Assembly (NCBI GenBank): GCA_963677895.2
Contig: CAXXGJ010000025.1
Coordinates: 128,001 to 192,000 of the forward strand
Reading direction: 5' to 3'
DNA length: 64,000 nucleotides
Source: Treponemataceae bacterium
Lineage (GTDB): Bacteria > Spirochaetota > Spirochaetia > Treponematales > Rectinemataceae
Positions 38,023-47,457 of this stretch are shown here, piece after piece. Below the pieces are notes generated by a model. That model did not search any database and had not been told where the DNA came from. It saw only the letters and a program-made list of their open reading frames with translations. Numbering within the stretch: position 1 is the first letter of the stretch; each line of letters opens with the position of its first letter. The translations under genes and the position numbers were made by a program.

Positions 38023-39291
38023 TCAGTACCCCGGCAGAAGCATCACCAATCCAGGAACATAGGTGATGAGCAGGAATACCGCGATGAGAATAAGCACCAT
38101 GGGGATGATCGGTTTCGTTATCTTGCCCATGGGCAGGCCGGTGATGGCGCTCGCCACATAGATGTCGATCGCCACGGGGGGAGTCGCCATGCCGATGGCA
38201 AGCCCCACGGTCAGCACCACGCCGAAGTGCACGAGGTTGCCGCCGACGCCTATGATGGCCGGCAGGAATATCGGCGTCAGGATGATAAGGGCGGAGGCGG
38301 TCTCCATGAACATGCCCGCGATCAGGATGATGACGTCGATCATCAGATAGATAAGGAAGGCGTTGTTGCTCGTCACGCTGAGCATGGCGCCGGCGATCGC
38401 CTGGGGAATCTGGTAAAAAGCGAGACCCCATCCGAACACTTTCGATGTCGCGATGATGAACATGACAAGGGCCGAGGTGACGCCCGAGCCCACCACGAGC
38501 TTGTAGAATTTCTTGAAGTCGAGAGCCTTGTACACGAAGATGGCCACAAGGAAGGTGTAGAGAACGGCCACGGCGGCGGCTTCGGAGGGCGTGAAAACGC
38601 CCGAGAATATTCCGCCGAGGATGATGCCCGGGCACATGAGTCCCCAGAGCGCCGTCACGAATTTCTTCCATATCTCCTTGGCCGAATATTTTCTACCCGC
38701 CGGATACTTCCGTTTCTTGGCGATGTAGATGGCCCATACGATGAGCCCCAACCCCATGAGGGTGCCGGGGATGAAGCCGCCCAAGAAAAGCTTGGCCACA
38801 GACTCTCCCGCGATGACCGCGTAGAGCACCATAGGGACCGATGGGGGGATGACGACGCCGATCGTTCCGGCCGAAGCGATGAGGGCGGCCGAGAAATCCA
38901 CGTCGTATTTTCTCTCTTCAAGCTCAGGCAGAAGCGAAGCGCCTACGGCCGCCGTCGTCGCCGCGCCCGAACCTGAAATCGCCGCGATAAACATGGACGC
39001 GAGTACCGACACGATGGATAGGCCGCCGCGAATTCTGCCGAGGCAGGATTCGGCGAACGCCACGATACGCTCGGAAATCCCGCCCCGCGCGAGAACATCG
39101 CCGGCGAGAATGAAGAATGGCACGGCCACGAGGGAAAAGGAATTATTGCCCTCGAAGAGGGTCTGCGGAACCATCTGGAGGGGAATGCCGGCCTGTATGA
39201 ACACGACGAGGGCGGCGAGGCCGATGGACAGGCCGATGGGCACGCCGATCAGAAGGAAAAGAAAGAAGGCGCCGAATATCAGGTAGCCCAT
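38023..39291 (-). CDS. dctM: TRAP transporter large permease
   Basis: AVPFFILAG, ISGSGAA, IPPSVPMV, FTPSEAA, TPPV. Confidence 0.92.
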   Translation of the reverse strand: MGYLIFGAFFLFLLIGVPIGLSIGLAALVVFIQAGIPLQMVPQTLFEGNNSFSLVAVPFFILAGDVLARGGISERIVAFAESCLGRIRGGLSIVSVLASMFIAAISGSGAATTAAVGASLLPELEERKYDVDFSAALIASAGTIGVVIPPSVPMVLYAVIAGESVAKLFLGGFIPGTLMGLGLIVWAIYIAKKRKYPAGRKYSAKEIWKKFVTALWGLMCPGIILGGIFSGVFTPSEAAAVAVLYTFLVAIFVYKALDFKKFYKLVVGSGVTSALVMFIIATSKVFGWGLAFYQIPQAIAGAMLSVTSNNAFLIYLMIDVIILIAGMFMETASALIILTPIFLPAIIGVGGNLVHFGVVLTVGLAIGMATPPVAIDIYVASAITGLPMGKITKPIIPMVLILIAVFLLITYVPGLVMLLPGY

Positions 39292-39292
39292 A

Positions 39293-39793
39293 TCAGCTCC
39301 TTTTCCAGATCGCCGTGAGAGAGTCGACGACATGGATCATTACGACGCATCCCACGAGGGGATACATGAGGTAGAGCCACTTCATCGAAATCTGCATGGC
39401 CGGAGTGATCTGGCCGGCTTCGCTCTTCATGAGGACGGCCCCGAACCACGCCACTATGGCAAAGAAACCGATGCCCAAAAATCCGATAACCGTCTGCATC
39501 ACTTTCTTGGCTGCCGGCGGCAATTTATCGAGCACGAAGGTGACGGCGATATGGTTGCCCTTTTTGAAGGCGACCGCCGTTCCGAGAAGGCTGGCGAACA
39601 CGAGGAGGAAACAGGCCAGCTCCTCGGACCATGTCAGCGCGGTGAAGAAAAATCTGAAAACGACCTGGGCCACGGTCACGATCACCATGAGGACGAGCGT
39701 CACGAAGAGCGCCGCCTCGGTGATCGTGTTGATCCGGTCGCTCAGTGAATGGAGAAGGCCAGTGTTGGCTTTCCCCTCTTCAGTTGAGGACAT
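39293..39793 (-). CDS. dctQ: TRAP transporter small permease
   Basis: QVVFRF, WSEELA, HIAV; four TM helices. Confidence 0.9.
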   Translation of the reverse strand: MSSTEEGKANTGLLHSLSDRINTITEAALFVTLVLMVIVTVAQVVFRFFFTALTWSEELACFLLVFASLLGTAVAFKKGNHIAVTFVLDKLPPAAKKVMQTVIGFLGIGFFAIVAWFGAVLMKSEAGQITPAMQISMKWLYLMYPLVGCVVMIHVVDSLTAIWKRS

Positions 39794-39806
39794 TAGTATC
39801 TCCTAT

Positions 39807-40766
39807 TCACTTCGTCGCGAGAATGGCGTCGATGAAATCCTGGCCATACTGCGCCGCGTACTGCTTGTAGACGGGCTGCACGGCGTCCAGGAAGGGCTTG
39901 AGGTTGGGCGTCGCGATCTGCATTCCCTTGGCCGCCAGATCTTTCATCCACTGGGCCTCGCTCGCGTTGTTGAAATCGCGCTCGAATTGGGCCGCTTCTT
40001 TCGCCGCTTTCATCACGGCTTCCTGCTGAGCGGGCTTGAGTTTGTCCCAGGTTTTCATGCTCATGATGAGAGGAGCCGGCGCATAGGCATGGCGGGTGAT
40101 CGTCATGTATTTCTGGCTGTCGTAGAGCTTGAAGGAGACGATGACGTTGAGGGGATTTTCCTGTCCGTCGATCGTGCCCTGCTGGAGCGCGGTAAGAGCC
40201 TCAGTCCAGGCCATCGGGACCGCGTTGGCTCCCAGAGCCTTGAACGAATCCACATAAATGGGGTTCTGCATCAGCCTGATCTTGAGACCTTTCATATCGG
40301 CCGGCGAATTGACCGGATGCTTGCTGTTGGTCAAGTTCCTGAAGCCGCGTTCGGCCCAGGCGAGCCCTTTCCATCCCTGCTTTTCCGCTTCCGCGAAGAG
40401 CTGGTTGCCGATGGGTCCGTCGAGAACGGCGTAGGCATGCTGAGGATCCCTGAAAAGGAAGGGCAGGTCGATGGCGCCGAACCTCGGAACGAAGTTGATG
40501 AAAGGTCCGTTCGTGATGATGGCCGCGTCGACGATGCCCATCTTCATGCGTTCGAGGAGGGTGCGTTCATCGCCGAGGACGGCGTTGGGGAACAAGGTGA
40601 CTTTCACTTCGCCGTTCGTGTACTTTTCCGTCAGTTCCTTGAATTTGGTCGCCGCCAAATGGAAAGAATCCTGCTCGTTGACTACGTGGGCCAATTTAAT
40701 GTCGATCGCGAAGGTCGGGGTGATGAGAGCCGCCGCGAGGACCAGGACGAGAAGCGCGCGTTTCAT
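39807..40766 (-). CDS. dctP: TRAP substrate-binding protein
   Basis: ERGFRN, KGLKIR, ALQQGTIDGQENP; signal peptide. Confidence 0.92.
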   Translation of the reverse strand: MKRALLVLVLAAALITPTFAIDIKLAHVVNEQDSFHLAATKFKELTEKYTNGEVKVTLFPNAVLGDERTLLERMKMGIVDAAIITNGPFINFVPRFGAIDLPFLFRDPQHAYAVLDGPIGNQLFAEAEKQGWKGLAWAERGFRNLTNSKHPVNSPADMKGLKIRLMQNPIYVDSFKALGANAVPMAWTEALTALQQGTIDGQENPLNVIVSFKLYDSQKYMTITRHAYAPAPLIMSMKTWDKLKPAQQEAVMKAAKEAAQFERDFNNASEAQWMKDLAAKGMQIATPNLKPFLDAVQPVYKQYAAQYGQDFIDAILATK

Positions 40767-40788
40767 AGTTTCCTCCTAATAAACGCTT

Positions 40789-40810
40789 TGGTACTACCTT
40801 GGTAGTACCA
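40789..40810. promoter_or_regulatory. FadR-type operator between the divergent dctP and regulator genes
   Basis: Perfect inverted repeat TGGTACTACC-TT-GGTAGTACCA, resembling the TGGT-N3-ACCA FadR-subfamily site. Confidence 0.75.
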
Positions 40811-40861
40811 TGTTGCCTGAAATGCTAAACCAGGTATATAATCATGTCAAGGTATTTTACG

Positions 40862-41560
40862 ATGGAAAAGAAAAGAGAAGAGCTCGTTCACAGACTATTG
40901 GGCATGATCCACGACCCTCAGGCCTTCCCGGACGGAAAGCTGCCACCCGAGCGCGAACTGGCCATAAAAATGGACATAAGCCGCAATCTCCTGAGGGAAG
41001 TGATCATCACCCTCGAAGCCATGGGCTATATCACCGTACGGGAACGACAGGGAGCCTTTATCGTCAAACCCAATCCGGACGATTTTACCGCCAGCCTCAA
41101 GCTGGCCTCCTTTTGGCCCGACGACATGCTCATCAACGTCATGGAGATGCGCCTCATCATCGAACCGCCCATCGCCGGCCTCGCGGCCCTCCGACGAAGC
41201 GAGGAAGAACTCGCGAAAATGAAGGAGTGCGTCGCCAAACTCGTCGCCATGCACGAGAGCCCCAGCCACGGCGCCTCGAGCGGAGGCCAATGGGATTCGA
41301 TGCTCCACATGCTGATCGTCCAGGCGGCGCGCAATCCCCTTCTCGCCCGCCTTTACGAGGGCCTGTCTTCCACGATGGACCAATACATCGTCCTCAGCCG
41401 CGTCAAGCTGCTCGCCCTGCCCCAATGGCCGCAGAAAATCATCGAGGAACACTCCCTCCTCGTCGCCGCCATCGAAGCCAAGGACGAAGTCGCCGCCAGG
41501 GAGGCGCAGAGCAAGCATCTGGGAAGCGCCCTCGCCATGCTCAAGGAAATCTCGAAATGA
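40862..41560 (+). CDS. GntR/FadR-family regulator
   Basis: KLPPERELA...SRNLLRE wHTH; FCD domain (DSMLH, EEH). Confidence 0.9.
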   Translation: MEKKREELVHRLLGMIHDPQAFPDGKLPPERELAIKMDISRNLLREVIITLEAMGYITVRERQGAFIVKPNPDDFTASLKLASFWPDDMLINVMEMRLIIEPPIAGLAALRRSEEELAKMKECVAKLVAMHESPSHGASSGGQWDSMLHMLIVQAARNPLLARLYEGLSSTMDQYIVLSRVKLLALPQWPQKIIEEHSLLVAAIEAKDEVAAREAQSKHLGSALAMLKEISK

Positions 41561-41973
41561 ACGTGGATCTCATAGCGGCTTCCATAGAAGCTTCGGTCGA
41601 GGTGGATTTCTCCAGGGCGGGAGGTCCCGGCGGGCAGAACGTCAACAAGGTGAATACGAAAGTGACCGCGAAGCTCGCCATCGACGCCATACAGGGCCTG
41701 AGCGCCGCCGAACGGCGTATCATGGTCTCGAAACTCGCCAACCGCATCACCACCGAAGGCATTCTGACCATTCAGGTGAGCGACGAGCGCACCCAGGGCG
41801 CCAATAGGCAGATAGCCTTCGAAAGGCTCCTCTCCCTCATCGTCGCCGCGGCGAAGCGCGATCCGCCCCGAATCCCCACCAAACCCGGCCGCGCCGCCCG
41901 CGAACGGCGCATGGATTCCAAAAAAGTCCGAGGCCGCACGAAACAGGACAGGCGCGGCCCCCTCGCCGACTAA
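41557..41973 (+). CDS. arfB: Alternative ribosome rescue peptidyl-tRNA hydrolase
   Basis: SRAGGPGGQNVNKV, ERTQGANR, basic tail PTKP...RR...KK. Confidence 0.92.
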   Translation: MNVDLIAASIEASVEVDFSRAGGPGGQNVNKVNTKVTAKLAIDAIQGLSAAERRIMVSKLANRITTEGILTIQVSDERTQGANRQIAFERLLSLIVAAAKRDPPRIPTKPGRAARERRMDSKKVRGRTKQDRRGPLAD

Positions 41974-42011
41974 GAAAAGCTAAAAATCGGGGCTAAACCC
42001 CATTTTTCAAC

Positions 42012-42476
42012 TTACAGCCCTTCCAGGATCTTCGCGGCGTGGCCGGCTGGCGTCACCTTCGGGAAGACCTTCGCCACGATGCCGTCGCCGCCGATTACGA
42101 AGGTCGAGCGGATCACTCCCAGCACCTTCTTGCCGTACATCATCTTCTCGCCCCAGGCGCCATACGCCGCAAGGACCTTTTTCTCCGGGTCCGAGAGGAG
42201 GACGAAAGGAAGCTCGTATTTTTTCCTGAACTTCGCGTGGGCGGCGGGCGAATCCGGACTCACCCCTACGACGCGAATGCCTCGCTTCGCGAATTCGCCG
42301 TAATTGTCGCGGAATGAACAGGCTTCCACCGTGCATCCGGGCGTATCGTCGCGGGGATAGAAATACAGGATAAAACCGGGTGTCCACGGACCGCCGCACA
42401 AGTCACCAAGCGTCCAGAGTTCCCCCTCCTCGTCGGCCAGGGAAAAATCGGGCGCCTTCATGCCTTTCTCGATCAT
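42012..42476 (-). CDS. bcp: Peroxiredoxin BCP/PrxQ
   Basis: YFYPRDDTPGCTVEAC, GVSPD, RSTFVI. Confidence 0.9.
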   Translation of the reverse strand: MIEKGMKAPDFSLADEEGELWTLGDLCGGPWTPGFILYFYPRDDTPGCTVEACSFRDNYGEFAKRGIRVVGVSPDSPAAHAKFRKKYELPFVLLSDPEKKVLAAYGAWGEKMMYGKKVLGVIRSTFVIGGDGIVAKVFPKVTPAGHAAKILEGL

Positions 42477-42587
42477 GTTATGCCTCCGTGCGTTCCATAC
42501 TACTCCGCTTCCGTCACAGCCCACACTATCTCATGAGCCCTCTCGGCGAGGCAATCGACGCCGTCGCCGAGCATCCTCAGCCCAAGA

Positions 42588-43040
42588 TCAGCTCTTCTTT
42601 ATCGGAAAGTAGATCACCGTCTCAAGCTTTTCGGGAGGCGTATCCTCGGGGGAATTGAGATATTCCTCGAACATGAAGGTCTCCATCTGGACGCCTTTTT
42701 CCTTTACGAAAGCCGTCAGGGCGTTGTAGGTTTCCTCGAGAGTCGTGTACGGCCCCGTATGTTTGGCCGTCGCGAAGGAACCTCCATGCAGCGTGCTCGC
42801 GGCGACCCTGCCCTCGCCGGCTGCGGCCTTGGACAAGGGGAAGCCGACCTCGACGTCCAGGTCGTTCATGTCCATGTTGTAGTAAATGACGAAGGGCGCT
42901 CCGGCGAAGGGAATGCCGCTTTTACCCATGTACGCGGCGATCTCCCCGTACATCGCGCCCATCGTGCTCGGCAGCTCCGACACCGGTGTCCGGTAGCGGA
43001 CGGACAGCGTGGGTGTCTCCTTCCTTTCAATGATCTGCAT
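42588..43040 (-). CDS. GyrI-like small-molecule-binding protein
   Basis: HTGPY, EEYLNSP...LETVIYFP. Confidence 0.85.
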   Translation of the reverse strand: MQIIERKETPTLSVRYRTPVSELPSTMGAMYGEIAAYMGKSGIPFAGAPFVIYYNMDMNDLDVEVGFPLSKAAAGEGRVAASTLHGGSFATAKHTGPYTTLEETYNALTAFVKEKGVQMETFMFEEYLNSPEDTPPEKLETVIYFPIKKS

Positions 43041-43087
43041 ACCAACCTCCATAATCTAATGATGGTTCGATGATGGCATGGGGTATA

Positions 43088-43104
43088 TGACAGCTGTATG
43101 TCGG
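43088..43104 (-). promoter_or_regulatory. Candidate WYL-regulator binding site upstream of the GyrI-like gene
   Basis: TGACA-GCTGTA-TGTCGG imperfect palindrome. Confidence 0.5.
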
Positions 43105-43116
43105 GGATAAAATCGA

Positions 43117-44052
43117 TTATTCGTAAATTCGCGAAATTTGTCCGGCCACGGTCTTGATTATGTCTCGTAGATGGGGAGGTTCGAGCACCTCGACAAAGGC
43201 GCCATAGCTGAGGATGTAGCCGTACATCCACCCGTCCTCCGGCATCCGCGTTCTGACGATGAGCCCGCCGTCCTCGGTTCGTTCCAAATCTTCCTTATTG
43301 TAGAACTCTTCCACCAAGGGAACCATCTTTTCAGAGAATTTCAAGGTCAATTCCATGACGTTTCCCGTCTTCTCCGGCGCGTTATCGCGGGAAAAATCCT
43401 CAAAACTTTGACTCCGTCGCCGGAACCGTTCACCCAGGATTTCCGGCTCCCGGATCCGCGATATCCGGAAAAGTCGATACCCTTCCCGGAGACGGCAGTA
43501 GGCGTAGAGATACCAGGCGCGCCACTGGAACACGATCGTCATCGGTTCCACGATCCGCGATTCGCGCTCCAAACGGTTGTTGGTATAGTCCATCTTGAGA
43601 AGCCGTCCCGAGTTCACCGCGGCCTGGACGGTCTTGAATGCTTGTCGCTGGTCCGGCCCTCCGCCGAGCATGCTGAAATCGATGTGGAGCTTTTCTTCCC
43701 GATCCTTGAAATCTCCATCCTCGGCCGTCGGCACGAGGCCGCGCATCTTCTCCAGGGTATCGTCGATCCGCTGGTCGTCCAGCGAGTCACCGATGCCGCG
43801 CAGGGCGGTGATGATGAAGAAGAGGTCGTCCACGGTCACCAGGCGCCGGTCCATCTTATAGCCGTCCATGATGCCGTAGCCGCCCGACGGTCCCTGGACG
43901 CTGATCACCGGTATTCCCGCGAGGTTTATGGCTTCCATGTCCCGCTGGATGGTCCTGACCGAAACGCCGAAGCGCTCGGCCAGTTTGCCGGCGCTCGCCA
44001 GATCGCGGTTGAGAAGGTAGACAACAATGGACAGGAGCCGGTCAATTTTCAT
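43117..44052 (-). CDS. YafY-family HTH-WYL-WCX regulator
   Basis: MKIDRLL, VSVRTIQRD, WYLYAYC...FRISRI, VEVLEP. Confidence 0.92.
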   Translation of the reverse strand: MKIDRLLSIVVYLLNRDLASAGKLAERFGVSVRTIQRDMEAINLAGIPVISVQGPSGGYGIMDGYKMDRRLVTVDDLFFIITALRGIGDSLDDQRIDDTLEKMRGLVPTAEDGDFKDREEKLHIDFSMLGGGPDQRQAFKTVQAAVNSGRLLKMDYTNNRLERESRIVEPMTIVFQWRAWYLYAYCRLREGYRLFRISRIREPEILGERFRRRSQSFEDFSRDNAPEKTGNVMELTLKFSEKMVPLVEEFYNKEDLERTEDGGLIVRTRMPEDGWMYGYILSYGAFVEVLEPPHLRDIIKTVAGQISRIYE

Positions 44053-44124
44053 GATGATTGGTTTGAAGCATGGTTCGCGCGGCTTCCCCTTGTCAAGGTA
44101 AACCGCCGATAGCTGTTGTCATTT

Positions 44125-44225
44125 TTTGTTACTTTTTTTAAATACTTAGTCTGTTTTTGTAACAAATAGGCTTGACAGTTTCATAGATAGTTACATATAC
44201 TCTACACATAGTTATTTTCAGTAAC
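44125..44225 (+). promoter_or_regulatory. Sigma70 promoter with two GTTAC-N26-GTAAC sites
   Basis: TTGACA 44172, TATACT 44196; half-sites at 44128/44159 and 44190/44221. Confidence 0.7.
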
Positions 44226-44239
44226 AATAGGAGCGCGTT

Positions 44240-44482
44240 ATGCCCAAGTTTACCTTCAATCTCGGCAGTTTTATCGTGAATGTGGCGATCGGGTGGTTTC
44301 TCATGTCCTTCATGCAGGCGGCGATAGGCGCTTTACGCGCGGGCGCGCGAAACGATATCATTCCACGTTTCAAGACTATCGCCTTTTTCCACGATAGGCC
44401 TGCCGCGATACTCAATATCGCCATCATGGCGGGGATCTGGATCGTTACGACGACGCTGTATTTTACCCTGAAGCGAAGGTAG
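44240..44482 (+). CDS. Small two-TM membrane protein of unknown function
   Basis: AGGAG RBS, two hydrophobic segments, downstream of a clear promoter. Confidence 0.7.
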   Translation: MPKFTFNLGSFIVNVAIGWFLMSFMQAAIGALRAGARNDIIPRFKTIAFFHDRPAAILNIAIMAGIWIVTTTLYFTLKRR

Positions 44483-44490
44483 GGCACCCG

Positions 44491-45357
44491 ATGGCGAATA
44501 CGCCCGCTTTCATGAAAGCCTTTCCCCTCACCGCGAGGGCGGCGGTGCACACCCCGCTCGTCTTCCGCGCGGGGCTCTACGCCGCGGACGGCCTGCCCTG
44601 GCCCTCCCTCGAGGGAATCCGGGATTTCGCCCATTTCGCGGGGGTAGAGGATGGGGCTATCCGCACCGCCCTTTCGCGGGGCAAGCGCGACGGATCGCTT
44701 GTCGTGGAAGCTGATCCCGCGGGCCGCAATCGATATTCCCTCGCGCCCGCGACTTTCGCCATGGGAACCGCCCAGATCCGCGCGGATCAGAGACCGGAAG
44801 GTTTTCTGCTCGCGGTTTTCTCGTTTACCACGCCGGAGCAGGAAGAGCGCGCCTCGCTGCGCGCGCTGCTCAAATCCTTCGGTTTCCGGAAGCTGGCGCA
44901 GAATACCTATATCCATGGCAGGATCGAAACCGAAGGGCTCCATGCCGCTATCCGCGAGCTCGGGCTCGAGAACAATTTTTTCCTTTTCACCTGTCCTGAT
45001 ATCGATGACGAAAACCTTGTCGCCCGCGTGATTTCGCTCTTCGATCTGGAGTCGCGACGGAAGAAGTTAGGCGAATACTTTAGCCTTTTGAAGGATTTTC
45101 TTCCCGAGAAGCTATCGCGGGCTGTCGCCGCTGGCGACGATGCCGCTGGCGACAACGCCGCGGGCGACGAATTCGCGCGAAGGCTTCTCTACATCGGAGC
45201 GGTGCATTGGGAACATGTCGAGGCGAGCGAACCGCCCATTCCCGCGAAGTATCTTCCGGCCGACTACGCTTTCAAGGAGATCCAGGCTTTCTACGGCCGG
45301 AAGCTCGAAGAAGGACGCGCCGCGACGCTCGGATACTTCCGGAGGGTGTTCGCCTAG
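44491..45357 (+). CDS. PaaX-like transcriptional regulator
   Basis: GVEDGAIRTALSR wHTH; ERASLRALLKSFGFRKL; EPPIPAKYLPADY. Confidence 0.65.
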   Translation: MANTPAFMKAFPLTARAAVHTPLVFRAGLYAADGLPWPSLEGIRDFAHFAGVEDGAIRTALSRGKRDGSLVVEADPAGRNRYSLAPATFAMGTAQIRADQRPEGFLLAVFSFTTPEQEERASLRALLKSFGFRKLAQNTYIHGRIETEGLHAAIRELGLENNFFLFTCPDIDDENLVARVISLFDLESRRKKLGEYFSLLKDFLPEKLSRAVAAGDDAAGDNAAGDEFARRLLYIGAVHWEHVEASEPPIPAKYLPADYAFKEIQAFYGRKLEEGRAATLGYFRRVFA

Positions 45358-46754
45358 GGGACGATGAGAATTTGGAGGTCGCAAACGTTCGTGTTCGTCG
45401 GCCCCGTTCGCAAGAGTCCGCTTATTTTATCGAAGAACGCGTAGGAATTGTTGTCGGCCAGGTAGGCGTCGGGATCGAGACCCGCTGTCCTGGCTCGCCC
45501 GAGCAGCGACACGGACGCGAACGCTCCCGCCGCGTCGGTCGGCCCGTCGGAGCCGTCCGTCGATGCGGCGAGGAAAACAAGGCCGCCTGAGTCCTTGGGA
45601 GCGCGCGCCATAGCGGCGAGGAAGGCGAGCGCCATCTCCTGGTTGCGCCCTCCCTTTCCTTTTCCGCGGAGCGTCACTGTGGTCTCTCCCCCGACGAGGA
45701 GACAAGCGGGGCGCCGGAGCGGGAAGCCCGAAACGGCTATATCCTTGCCGATTCCCAAGAGCATGAGCGCCGCCTCGCGGGCTTCTCCGGTAAGGCGGGA
45801 GGTCAGGACCAACGTCGAATAGCCGAGATCGCGAGCTTTTGATTCCGCGGCCATGAGAGCGAGCCGGTTCGTGCCTATGAGTAGGTTTCGGGTTCGCGCG
45901 AAGACTGGATCCTCCGCCTTGGGGGTGTCGGCGGGCGCATCCAATCCCCCCGCGGCGCCGTGCCGAAGCAGATCCGCGACGGCCGACGGTAATGCCGCCT
46001 CGATGCCTCGTCGCTTGACGATCGCCAGCGCGTCGGCCCATGTGGTCGGATCAGGCGCCGTCGGCCCCGAGGCTATGGCGTCGAGATCGTCGCCGATTAC
46101 GTCCGAAAGGATGAGCGACACGACCGTAGCAGGCGCGAAGGCGGCAGCGAGCCTGCCTCCTTTGACCGCCGAAAGGTGCTTTCTGACGCAGTTCACCTCT
46201 TGTATCGGAGCCCCGGAGCCGAGGAGCAGCGATGTGGTCGCGGCCTTATCCTCGAGCGAAATACCGCGCGCGGGCGCGCAGAGAAGCGCCGAGCCGCCTC
46301 CGGATATAAGGACGATCGCCAAGGTCCTCTCGTCGGCGCCCCTGGCCAGCGCCAGAACCGCCTTTGCCGCGGTCACGGAGCTCACGTCGGGGACGGGGTG
46401 CGAGGCTTCGAGCAACGCGACGCTCGCCACGCGATCGAGTTGGCCCCTTTTCACCACCACGGAGCCGCCCGCCAGAAGCGGCTCCGCGACGGTCCCGGCC
46501 AGGGCTTCTTCGAGGCCTCGCGCCATGCTCGCGCCGGCTTTGCCGAATCCGGTCACGATAATCCGGTCATATCCCGCGAGGTCGTAACTTGCCTTCTCGA
46601 GCCCGTTCCCGAAAGTAATCGCCCCGCCCTCGACTCGCACGGAGTCTCGTACCATGGCGGCGGGGTCGACCCTGGCCAGGGCCGCGCGGAAAATTACCTC
46701 CGCGTCGCGCGAGGCCTTTCCCTCGCGGCGGGCGCTTTCGTTCACATCGATCAT
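45354..46754 (-). CDS. Glycerate 2-kinase, type II (TtuD/MOFRL family)
   Basis: GKAG, ISGGGSAL, VKGGRL, SDVIGD, GKGGRNQE, TDGSDG, TNTNVCD. Confidence 0.9.
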   Translation of the reverse strand: MIDVNESARREGKASRDAEVIFRAALARVDPAAMVRDSVRVEGGAITFGNGLEKASYDLAGYDRIIVTGFGKAGASMARGLEEALAGTVAEPLLAGGSVVVKRGQLDRVASVALLEASHPVPDVSSVTAAKAVLALARGADERTLAIVLISGGGSALLCAPARGISLEDKAATTSLLLGSGAPIQEVNCVRKHLSAVKGGRLAAAFAPATVVSLILSDVIGDDLDAIASGPTAPDPTTWADALAIVKRRGIEAALPSAVADLLRHGAAGGLDAPADTPKAEDPVFARTRNLLIGTNRLALMAAESKARDLGYSTLVLTSRLTGEAREAALMLLGIGKDIAVSGFPLRRPACLLVGGETTVTLRGKGKGGRNQEMALAFLAAMARAPKDSGGLVFLAASTDGSDGPTDAAGAFASVSLLGRARTAGLDPDAYLADNNSYAFFDKISGLLRTGPTNTNVCDLQILIVP

Positions 46755-47446
46755 CGCGACTTCCTTTTCTTTGTCTGTTGGTTTGCTAGGGCGACCTTCG
46801 CCAGCTCCGCGTTCCTGGCGCATTGTGGAGATGAGGAGAGGGCGAAGGCTCGCTCAAAGAACGGGAGCGCCCGCTCGGGCATATGGAGTTCGTTGAGAAG
46901 GATCGCTCCCGCGTTGTTGAGCGCCGGCCAATAGCTCGGGTCAAGCCGGAACGCTTCCTCGAAAGCGGATACCGCCTCCTCGAGTCGGCCGGTTGACCTG
47001 GTCGCCTGAGCTTCCTCGAATTTGACATGACCGAGGCGGCTCCGCTCGAACGCCGCGCGATCGGCGCAGATAGCCTCCCGGATCCCAACGAGATCCGCCG
47101 AAGAAGCGCGGATCCCCGACGATGGTGAGGCCTCCGGCTCGGCGAGCGCCGCGCGGTAACGGCGAAGCGCCTCTTCACGACAGCCGGCGGCGTAAGCTAA
47201 ATCGCCTAACGCGCAATGGCGGTGATAGGAGGGTCCGAAAAGTTCCTCCTCGCGCGCGAGGTAACGTTTCGCCCCTTCGACATCCCCCTTCGCGAGGAGG
47301 ATAACCCCAAGATTGCGGAGGACGCGGATCGTCTCGCCCTCGCGAGCGAGGAGCTTCCGGAAGCGCGCCTCCGCCTTGTCGTAGTCTCCGGAGACATAGG
47401 CATTGAGGCCCATGCGCTCGTGAAATGATGCGATAATATCGCGCAT
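46751..47446 (-). CDS. Tetratricopeptide repeat protein
   Basis: Repeated NLG/ALG...A...Y/F..A helical motifs; ATGA overlap with the kinase gene. Confidence 0.75.
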   Translation of the reverse strand: MRDIIASFHERMGLNAYVSGDYDKAEARFRKLLAREGETIRVLRNLGVILLAKGDVEGAKRYLAREEELFGPSYHRHCALGDLAYAAGCREEALRRYRAALAEPEASPSSGIRASSADLVGIREAICADRAAFERSRLGHVKFEEAQATRSTGRLEEAVSAFEEAFRLDPSYWPALNNAGAILLNELHMPERALPFFERAFALSSSPQCARNAELAKVALANQQTKKRKSR

Positions 47447-47457
47447 GGGCCCGCCTT

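Noticed and set aside
43117..44052. WYL protein as an anti-phage defence regulator
   Set aside because: YafY-type architecture beside a GyrI-like gene, with no defence genes nearby
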